Shown one piece after another: positions 52,760 to 64,000 of a stretch of 64,000 nucleotides of DNA. The stretch's first letter is position 1. Each line of letters opens with the position of its first letter. This DNA comes from the human T2T-CHM13v2.0 reference genome, Homo sapiens. A program made the translations under genes and the position numbers. The notes beneath the pieces were generated by a model. The model had not been told where the DNA came from and searched no databases. It saw only the letters and a list, made by a program, of their open reading frames with translations. The DNA lies in NCBI RefSeq assembly GCF_009914755.1, contig NC_060929.1. One strand, written 5' to 3'.

Positions 52760-53710
52760 GCAATTCCTTAAGTTAGTTGATAAATTAAACATAATTTCCA
52801 TAAAATCACCATTATATTTCTTTTCCTAGAGCTACCAGTTTAACTAAAACATTTATTTCCTCTGGATGATTAAGCAAGCAGGAAACTTGGAAAGGAAATG
52901 ACATGTTGGATGGTGTCTAGCAATTGAAAGTGTTAATGCAATGTTATTAGAATATGCAGATGACCCAAGAGAACAAAATAGAAAATCCAAAAAAAATGCA
53001 AGTAGACATAGAAATTTAGTGTGTGACAAAACACCGATGTTGCCGATAAATATGAGTAAAATCCTTTTTAACAAATGGTATTGGAACAATTGGATAGCCA
53101 CATGGAAGAAACCAATTGATCCTCACACCATCCACCAGCATTAATTCTAAATAAATCAGAAATCTAAGTTCATAGGAGAAATGGTGCAGATTGTGGGTAA
53201 GTCATTCCAGGTATTACTCAACACCCAGGAAAAAAAAAGATCGAACAATTTAGTTACATTAAAAAGAATTTGCATGCAAAATACCATAAAGTTAGGAGAT
53301 TGATAGTACACCAGAAGAAAAAGCTTTTACTTTATATTACAACGAAGTGTCAGCACTCATTAGATAGATATTTCAAAAGTATAGAAAGTACTAAGTATAG
53401 AAAGTACTAACAATCCATAAGTGGACAAATATACAGACAGATAGCTCACAGAAAAAAAGAAATGTAAACTGCATTTAAACATATACAAGAGTCAGTCCTT
53501 CTCATAATAAGATAAACATGGATAAACTGTCCCAGAGAAGCCATTTTTTTGCCAGCCATTTTTTATAATACTGGGAGAAAAAAAAGTGTTTCATAATATA
53601 TATATTCTAATAGAGGCATAGGCAAATATATCTTCAGTGGAGATTAAAAGTGATATAACCCCTATGAACAGTGAATGGAATTATATTCAACTTGCAATGT
53701 CCATGCTTGC
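52760..53710 (+). mobile_element. Old L1M ORF2 fragment
   Basis: ORF-track LFNKWYWNNWIATWKK matches the L1 ORF2 motif LFNKWCWENW. Confidence 0.75.
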
Positions 53711-53739
53711 TGAATGTTCTTATTAAATATCATATGATC

Positions 53740-54660
<921 letters not shown>

Positions 54661-54697
54661 TTTCTGTAATTTGTAAACTAAGGAACATACAAAGCTA

Positions 54698-55018
<321 letters not shown>

Positions 55019-58000
55019 TCAGCTCTGATGCTTGTCCTCCAAGGAGACTTGGCCTAGATGGTTTCTACATGCACTCGTCAGTCACAAGTGGTTTCTCCTT
55101 CAAAATTCACCGTAGCATGTGAGCCTCTCTGTTGGTTTTCTTACTTCCTTTCTTAAATTGTGCATAATAATTTCGTACAGATTTCTTCGTATGTTTTTAT
55201 AATTAATGAATGAAGGCCATAGATATGAAAAAATACTTATTAATATTAACAAGAAAACTCTAAAACTAGTCTTCCTTTTTCAGTTATAATAAAGTGGAGA
55301 GAATCTGAGATTCCACAGTGCTGCTAAATGTGAAGATTCCCAGGGCTTAGAAGATCCTGCATTTTATCTCACATGTAGCTCAAACATTAGGAGCTTAAAT
55401 TACAGCAAAACATAAATTAAGAACTGAAGAACACATACATCTTCAGAGAGACAATCTCTTAATTGTCATTACAAGGAAATTTTTAATTTCTGTGAAAATG
55501 CTGTTCCAGAAATTAACTTGATAAATTCTGTTGTTAACTCATCTATATTTCCCCTGGGGACAAGTGTAGTTGGAAGTTTGGTCCAATGACCAAAGTTTTA
55601 CATCAGATCAATTGTAAAAATAATAAACAATGCATCACAAACATAGATATTCAAATAACTTCTTTAATATCCTAAAATCTAGATTTATGCTACAAGTCTT
55701 ACATGTAGGCAGAAATGTCCAGGTTGATCAAATAAAGGTTTCAAAAGTACTATAAATGTATTTATACACAAATAAAACATTTTCTTATAACTTTTTGGGC
55801 CTAACAATCATAACAATGTCAAAATAAACATTCATTGGAGAGGTCCTAAATGTCCTTTTATTTTTCCCCTTTATATATTTATTTTGGGGAATTAATTTGA
55901 ATGTTTTATATGTCTTTTAAAAGCTTGCACAGCAAATCGCATGACCATTTCTATCTCTTAATAAATATTTCTGTAGCAAATAAATGGAATTCAAAAATCT
56001 ATCTGGATTCCTCCTAGAAAATAGTTTAAAGCTATCCATTCAGTTTACAATTACATTTTACAGGCATTCACAAAAATGTTGCTGATAATAAAATGCACTA
56101 TGATATTCCCATAGTGCTTTACTCATCAGATTGCACTTTCGCAAATGTTATTATAAAACTTCTTTCCACACTGTAAGGTAGGTAGAAAAAACAGTATATA
56201 AAATTTTCAGTTTAAATTATTCTCTACTGTTTTTAATCTGCATATAGACCTGCTTGAGACTCTGATCTTAATATTCTTCCTCACTCCACCACATTTTGTT
56301 ATTTTCCTATATCTCATCTTCTTCATTTCCAAAATGTTTGACCAATGTATTTCTTTCTCTAAATATTTTTTTAATTGGTGTCTGACATAGGCACACTGCA
56401 GCTCCTGGAGGTAAGCGGTGTGTACAGATTACATGGCAAGTGAGTCATAGAACCAAGGGATCATCTTAGAAGAAGCCGCAGCTTCTTGTATCAGGTTGCT
56501 GGTTTATTTCCTTTCATTGTTATCATACCAATGTCAAGCTTGGTCGTCATGCTTTTTAAAAAGTCACAAAATCTCTTCCCTTGTGTTCAGTATGTGGAAG
56601 TTTAGAGAGAGGGAGTTCAGACTTTTGTTTTGATGATCGTTGACAAGGGTTATTTTGGTGGCAAGTGACATATGTACATGAGCTGATTGTAGTAGCTAAG
56701 TAATGTGCTTGGGTTGCATGTGTGTCTGGGTGTGTTTGTGTGTCTGTCCCTATGAGTGTTTTTAGCATAAGTTTTATACCTCATCTCTAAGGCCTTACAC
56801 CATAACATCCTGCGACTTATGCTGAGCCACAAGGTGATACATTGCTCAGTAAATGAAATTAGTAAACATTAGTAAAGTTTAACATGACATGTAAAAGGAA
56901 GAAAATGTCATTTGTCTGATTGTGTTTTCAGATGTCTTATTCATCTTATTCATCTCCAGCTATCCTGTATGCCATGAAGTTTTTGACTGGTGACTTAAGC
57001 ATTAGCAGGATACTGTTTTTCTGAACTCACTTATATATCATGGCTATTTCCTACTCCTAAACAATCTTCATAGATATGACAGCATGCCAATAATCAATAA
57101 TATTCATGCTGGGGAGTAAAAATTAAAAAAAAACACTAAGAATATATGAACATCAATAAGAGAAACAGCAATATAAATATGGCTAATCTGTGTATCTCAC
57201 ATATTGTGACATAAATACATGTCATGTAAATATTGTTGAATGCATATTACTATAATCAAAAAGACCTGATGAACTGAATAGGAATTTTTTGAAAAAATGA
57301 GTGAGTGAATTCTTCAGTCAAATGTAAATAGTATTTTGTATTTCCTAGAGTATAAATCTTCCCAGTGGCAGAGTGTCCAATAGAGGAAGGAAGAAAGGGG
57401 GAGAGAGAAAGAGAGTAATAAAAAAAAAAAAAAGGAAAATAAAACCAGAAGAGTCATGGCAACTTTTCCCTGTACGCTACAAAAAACAACTGTTCAAGTA
57501 ACATATCATTCTTGTCCCAAACAGGTACACTCAACACTTTTCTTGGTCATCTGTCTCCTAAGTGCTCTGGTTCCCAAGATCCCATTTCTATTCACTTTTC
57601 CATTACGAAAATACAATTTAAATGCCACCTAGATACGCATTTGTCTGCTCTTGATTTGTTTAATTCTATTGAATAGGACCCAACAATTCCCATTTAACAG
57701 CTCGTTATTCTAAATAAGTCAAATTCTATACTCAGGTTAATTCAATGTGTCTAAGACAAGTTAGCCAACAGTGTATTGTGGAGTGTCTGCCTTTGAACTT
57801 CTATTCACATTTCCTTTGGAGAACAATTACTAGCTAATTGAATTCTTTATATCCAAAGTTAGCAGTTTCCCCAAAATGCATGGAAATTCTGTCTTAGAAA
57901 CCGATGCCAGTTTTATAGCTTCCTTCAGTTGGTGCTGGCAGATGTCTTACTTTCGCATCTATGAACATTTACAAGTCTATCATCAGCAGAGTCAGGAAAA

Positions 58001-61000
58001 ATATGAAGTTAAGTTGCTTGACTAATTGATTGGCATTAACTTAATTAAACAAATTAAGATCCAGATTGATAGTCACCGGGTGACTTTAACGATTACAATG
58101 TTCATTTCCATTAATTTGTCATTAGGCCTTTAATGTAATGGGCTCAATAGAACTCAAAATTATTTTCAAAATTTTTGACATATGGGATATCATTAAAATG
58201 GCACCATAAAGTTATATATCTGATAATGAATGCTAATTGTAAGAGGTTTGTAGTACTTATTATGGTGGTCCTATTATAATTTGGATTTTTTTTCCTTTTG
58301 TAAAATATTAAGTAAAAAATAGAATTTGCTGTAGAGAAATTCACTGTTGGCCACTTTTCTTTAACACATTAATTCATTTCTTTTATGACCTTCTAAGCGC
58401 ATAGGAGAACAAGAGGTTTAGAGAAACACTGGAGTGTGGAAAAAGCAGTTTGGATAGGTTTTCATAATATTACAAAAAACAAATAAAATTCAACCGTTAA
58501 TCAAATGGAAAATATAGTAAGATAATTTACTGCAAACAAAACAATGCAGTACAAAAGAACTAAGAAAAATAATTTTAATACAGGTGACTTTGGGCTGAGT
58601 TTTCAAATGAGCTGGTTCTTATATTTCTATGCATATTTATTTATACATATAAAATAAGGAAGTTTCAGAAGTTTGCAAGCAGTATCTGGGATAAGAATGC
58701 AGCACAGAGAAATTAGAAAAAGTAGACAGACTTTATGTTAAGAATCAAGCATAGGTTATGTCTTCTTTCTAATTTATTATTTTTAAAAATTTTCTTACTA
58801 GATTGTTAGAAAATTAGAGACTGATATGGAATGCCTAAGACTATGATTTGTATGACTATTTATAACAATTTATACCTATTGATGTATTACCTTGTATTTT
58901 TTTTCGGATTGCCGTAGGACTTCTTAACTTTGGAGAGGCTGGAAGCAGGATTTACAACCTCGTTTATTCCAAAAGATGTTGACAAATTACGTGTTTTCAA
59001 ATCTTGAAGACAAGTTCAAGTGTGATGATTCTTTTTCTAGAGTCCATCAAATAGAATCTAGTGCAATACTTAGATCTTGCATACAGTAGAAATGCAATGA
59101 AAATCTATTTCATCTTAAAGCACATTTTGTAGTCTTTGATCATGACAAACGAGAATTATGTATATTTTGGTATAGCTATAGAAATAAATTCTAAACAATC
59201 TCAATTATGATTGATGTTTAGTCTGATGATTGCTTCATGCTTGGGATTAGAACAAAATCAGTCAAATTATCATCTATATCCTAATATGTATATATTTTAT
59301 TTACTAATAACAATTTATTATGAAATTACTAAATTTTAAATCATGAATAGAGAGAAAATATAATACTTGAAAAATTATTTGCTTATATATTTTTGTTTAT
59401 TCAAGAAGACAGGACATAATGAGATACATATAAACATGATAAAGTAAATGAATAAACAGGATATTCCAATTAATCTTATTCCTAAAGACAGATGTTATGA
59501 CAAATGAATAAATGTGAATAATAAACATTTTAGATAGGATATTAATATTCCAGGTTAAACAAATATTATTTTCAATTAAAATATTACTTAATTTCCTTGA
59601 CCAATGATTATTATTAGCAAGTATTTTAAAATACAAAGTAGACAATTAATTTAAATCTGATATATTTTAAATAAATGATGGTTCCCTTTCATGTATTTAC
59701 TTTGTATACATACCAAGGCTATAAAATAATTTAAAGCATAGTCTCTGCCTATAAGGTTCTTATAAGGTTTTTACGGGTTTTAGGAAGGTATTACATATAC
59801 CAGAATTCAAATATTCTAATTTCCTAAAAGTGGGAGCTAAGTAGTTTACAATTTGTTTGGAAAAAACACCAAAGAAAAAATCTAAGTTTGCATGTTACAG
59901 TAAGCATACCATGTAGACTTCAAATATAGGAAAATTTGAGGTGATTGTGGTTGTTTCACCTAGGAAAAGTATTGGAAGAAAATTCTTGGAGTGGTGAAGG
60001 TAGAATCAGTTGAGAGGGAATTGAAGTTATAGTTTTCTGTGGAATCAGATAATGGAACAGGTTGAATTCTAAATCTATATCACAAAAGATATTCACATTC
60101 TATTACACTCTTCCAGGAACCTTTATTTTTTTTTCCTTTCCCCTATAAGCAACCACAGTAGTTACCCTGATTCTGAATCTAATCAGAGAGTGGGGAAATG
60201 TTCCAGTAAGAAACAACAGAACTGACCCTTATATCCATCAGATATTTTTCTTGATTCACTATCTACTAACTCTACCTGGGAAAATCAATGAGACAATATC
60301 TGTCACAAGGCCGTAATTAATTTTTGCCTGAAGTTCAGCCAAATCCAATTTTGCATCAGCTTCCTTCCTTCTTCCATAATAACTAGAATAATAGTTGATC
60401 ATATGGTTAGATGGGTTCATTAATTAATGAGTGGTCAGGGATATTTTGTGAGCAATCTTAATCAGCTAGATAAGGAAACTGGTAGATGACACTAAGGTAG
60501 GAAATCACAGATTCAAAAGTCTATATCATCTCCCAAGTATGATTATGTGGGCTCCCTTTTTGGTTCCTCTCTGAACTTGACTTCTAGGTCCTCAATGACC
60601 TTATAACAACAGAAAAATTATGGATCCTGTGTAAGCAATTGCACACTGAGGAAGATGTCTGCCTGACACGTGGCGTTTCAATGGACTAAGCATTTTGTAG
60701 TTAGTTGACAGACAGTAAATCTCTCTTTTTAAAATTACAGATGATTTCATTTATTTCTTTGCCAAAAGTACACTATTAAGGAGCCATGTGGGCCTGAAGG
60801 TGAACCATGCCACTCATGTAATGATGGGAGCCAAATCCCTTACTAAGACAGTTTATCCGTCGTATTCAGAAGTCCCTTCTCATGGCCAAAATCCATATGC
60901 AGCAAGAGTATGGAAAGTGTTTCTGCTATTTGTTAACACAATTCATTTATCAGGATTCCACTAAGAAAACTTTGGAAGGATAAAGATTAAATAGTTAAGG

Positions 61001-61345
61001 ATAACTTACAAGATGTACCAAGTGAAGTTTTACAACATGACAGCAAGGTAGAAAGAAAAAGATAACAGTTTAAAGTAGCATGGATAGAAGAAACAACATC
61101 TGATGACTATATATTAGTATTTAGAAAACAGAAAAAGCCAAAAATGCTCAATACCCCCAGCCTGGATGATGGAGATGATACAAATTTTCAAAGTTTTTAA
61201 TTACGGATGATTGAAAAATTTCTGTCTTTATTCTTGTTGTGATTTTCACCATATTATTCCAAAACTTTCTGTGATATCTGAAGAAAAAAATGACAAAGAC
61301 ACTTTCCTACAAAATATTAGTTTGAAATAATTAAAAAGGAGTCAA

Positions 61346-61750
61346 CAATAGACTGGATTAAGAAAATGTGGCACATATACACCATGGAATACTATGCAGC
61401 CATAAAAAATGATGAGTTCCTGTTCTTTGTAGGGACATGGATGAAACTGGAAATCATCATTCTCAGCAAACTATCGCAAGGACAAAAAACCAAACACCGC
61501 ATGTTCTCACTCATAGGTGGGAATTGAACAACGGGAACACATGGACACAGGAAGGGGAACATCACACTCCGGGGACTGTTGTGGAGTGGGAGGAGAGGGG
61601 AGGGATAGCATTAGGAGATATACCTAATGCTAAATGATGAGTTAATGGGTGCAGTACACGAATATGGCACATGTATACATATGTAACAAACCCGCACATT
61701 GTGCACATATACCCTAAAACTTAAAGTATAATAATAATAAAATAAAATAG
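61346..61750 (+). mobile_element. Young L1PA (PA3/PA4-like) 5'-truncated 3' end
   Basis: CTATCGCAAGGACAAAAAACCAAACACCGCATGTTCTCAC...CCCTAAAACTTAAAGTATAATAA; perfect 13-bp TSD AAAAAGGAGTCAA at 61333 and 61751. Confidence 0.96.
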
Positions 61751-61979
61751 AAAAAGGAGTCAAGAAGCATCCAGGGAAGTGCATTTGTCCTTTGTGAGAT
61801 TGTTTGCGGTTGAAATCCCATTTATCCAAGTGTAATTTTTTTTTTTAAGTTGTAGGATCAGCAGGCATTATTATCCTGTTAGATGATGCATTTGCTCTTT
61901 TCTTCAGCATCATCCTGACAGATCAGGTCAGACTTCTTGTTGGCATAGTACTATGGAGACAGCTGGCAGATGTCCTTTT

Positions 61980-62053
61980 TTATTTTATTCATTTATTTTT
62001 ATTTGGACAGGGTTTTCCTCTGTCACCCAGGCTGGAGTACAACACAGTCTTGG

Positions 62054-62094
<41 letters not shown>

Positions 62095-62211
62095 TATTTT
62101 TGGTAGAGACAGAGTTTTGCTGAGGTTGGTCTCGAACTCCTGAGCTAGGTGATCTGACCCCTCGGTCTTCCAAAGTGCTGGGATTACAGGTGTGAGCCAC
62201 CACGCCCAGCA
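61980..62211 (-). mobile_element. AluJ-like, internally deleted, with T39 middle tract
   Basis: TSD GCAGATGTCCTTTT at 61966 and 62212; most of the right arm is missing. Confidence 0.88.
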
Positions 62212-62347
62212 GCAGATGTCCTTTTGAAAAGAGGGGATGACAGGGCATTAGGGTGTCTAAGAGCTCCCACTGAAGATTATCTGGGACTGAACATTGTTAT
62301 ATAAACAACTAGGACCAAGTAGAGGTAAGGAAAGCTGCCTGGTACAA

Positions 62348-62403
62348 GTTTCAGAGAAATGTTTCTATAATTTCTGTTTCAGAGAAATGTTTCTATAATT
62401 TCT
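62348..62403. repeat. Perfect 28-bp tandem duplication
   Basis: GTTTCAGAGAAATGTTTCTATAATTTCT x2. Confidence 0.97.
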
Positions 62404-62779
62404 GTCCCTTGAAAGAGAAAGGGAGGTTCTTCTGCATCCATGCATAATGTGGCAGAAGAGACTAGTGCCCTTTGTTATAGCAAAACAATCATGCATGCAA
62501 AAGAGAATATGGAAACGTTATGGTAGAGTCTGATGTAGAGGCCAGACTCTTTGGCATAAGTTTGTACCACACACTTAAGCTCCCACCTGAGAGGAATCAG
62601 ACTGGCCACTCTTGAGAGGAATGCTGAGAATGGGATGGATAGAACCTTAGTGCTAATATACAAGCATGCTCTGAAATACAAGGGTAGTGAGGCATTTTGC
62701 GTCTCAGGCCCTATATATTTAAATAATTAAGAAAGAAGAGTTAAGAATTATTCCCAGATTTTGTAGATGGCAGGGAGAT

Positions 62780-63895
62780 ATGAAGAGAGATGAGCAATTG
62801 GGTTAACAGCTTTGTTCTTAAGTGAGATCATAAAGTAGCAGTTTAGGGGATAATCTAGTTTTGAACATGTTAAATTTGAGGTGCCTACTGGCATCCAAGT
62901 AAAATGTCAAGAAAAAAGTTGGATGTATAAATGAGAGAAAAGATCTAAAATAAATATACAAATATAAGAATCATCAACATGTAGACTGAGCCATGAGATC
63001 ACTAAACAGGCATGGTCATGATTGGTAGTACTGGTTGTGCACTGCACAAGACCAGTCAGCTAAAAGGTGAGCAGTAGCTAACATCTAGCATAACCTCTCA
63101 CCAAACTGTGTGTTCTGAAATGGGACTATATCCACCTGGAGAAAAAAAATTTTAATTAGTAAAAATAGTGCCTCAAGGGAAACAGAAGCCCTAGAGAGAA
63201 GATTAAAAATGAAATAATTGACCCAGATATTACACCAGTACTAAAAGTTAGAAAATGCCAATGATTGCCTGAAGCTGAGTTGGGAGGTGTGAGGTGTCAA
63301 TCAATGGCAAAGGAGCATAGAGCAAATTCTGGACATATTGAAATGTTTTATTTCTTGACTAGGAAAAGTATAAGTTTGGGGAGGCGAGGCAAGTCAAGCA
63401 AAATGGTTTGAAAATGAGGGGCTAGTGATGTAGAGGGTGATAAAACAAAAACAATCAAGCCTTCTGTCCACAAAGTGTTTCAGAAGAAGAATGATCCAAT
63501 GAATAAGTATTTTTTGTTGATAATGCAAATAAGACTTAGGAGTTTGAATTAGCCATAGGATTTAGCAAACTGGCAATCACTGGTGAACTTGACTGGAGTT
63601 ATTTTGATAAAGTGGTGTTTAAATGAGTACACAAGAGAATAAAGAGAAGAAAGTATGAGACAATGAATGTAGGCCCCAAAATTTAAAATATTTTCTTTTA
63701 AAGCGGAGCAGATACATGGGGCAGTAGTTGAAGGGAGAAATGGGTTAAAGAGAAGATATTTTTAAGTGTAGAGTTAATGGCAAATGCGTTTGTAGGCTGA
63801 TTACAATAACTCAGCAGGGAAGAAAAACTGACTCAGAAGAGAAAGAGGATGATTTCTGGAGCAAGGTTCTTGTAGGGGTAACTGGGAATAGAACC
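62780..63895 (-). mobile_element. L2 fragment, split by MER91
   Basis: AGTTTTGAACATGTTAAATTTGAGGTGCCT...CATCCAAGT; GGATTTAGCAA...TCACTGGTGAACTTGA. Confidence 0.78.
63007..63193 (+). mobile_element. MER91A-like hAT-Tip100 MITE
   Basis: CAGG...GTTGTGCACTGCACAA...CCAAACTGTGTG...TCCACCTGGAG...GCCCT. Confidence 0.65.
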
Positions 63896-63906
63896 AAGCA
63901 CAAGTT

Positions 63907-63936
63907 ACACACACACACATACACACACACACACAC
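63907..63936. repeat. (CA)n microsatellite
   Basis: Direct reading. Confidence 0.95.
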
Positions 63937-64000
63937 GTGCATACATTTGTATTTCCAATAAAAATGTTTTTTGACAGTGAAACTAATGAATAAAACCTGA

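Noticed and set aside
56385-56416. Possible microexon CAG|CTCCTGGAG|GTAAGC
   Set aside because: No adjacent polypyrimidine tract and no other support.

Overview
This is AT-rich, CpG-depleted primate (human or close catarrhine) genomic DNA with no recognisable protein-coding exon, RNA gene or CRISPR array. It looks intergenic or deep-intronic. Much of it is transposon-derived: about 16 Alu copies or fragments, a decayed near-full-length ~7.8 kb L1MA-type element (19.3-27.1 kb), a young L1PA 3' stub with a perfect TSD, and long L2 relics. There is also a CR1/L3 RT relic, MaLR/ERVL/ERV1 LTRs, an ERV-L dUTPase relic, and Tigger/hAT MITEs. The ORF-track ORFs are repeat-derived or chance. I found no convincing new biological system. 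The best leads are: (i) a pair of ~500 bp inverted paralogous MITE-like copies at 40.2-40.7 kb and 45.4-46.2 kb; (ii) a unique-sequence NF-Y/RFX/AP-1 motif cluster at 30.1-30.7 kb; (iii) a homeodomain-site-dense, conserved-looking island at ~58 kb; (iv) several oddly rearranged Alus. Repeat subfamily names come from recalled consensus sequences rather than a database search, and boundaries of old repeats are approximate.
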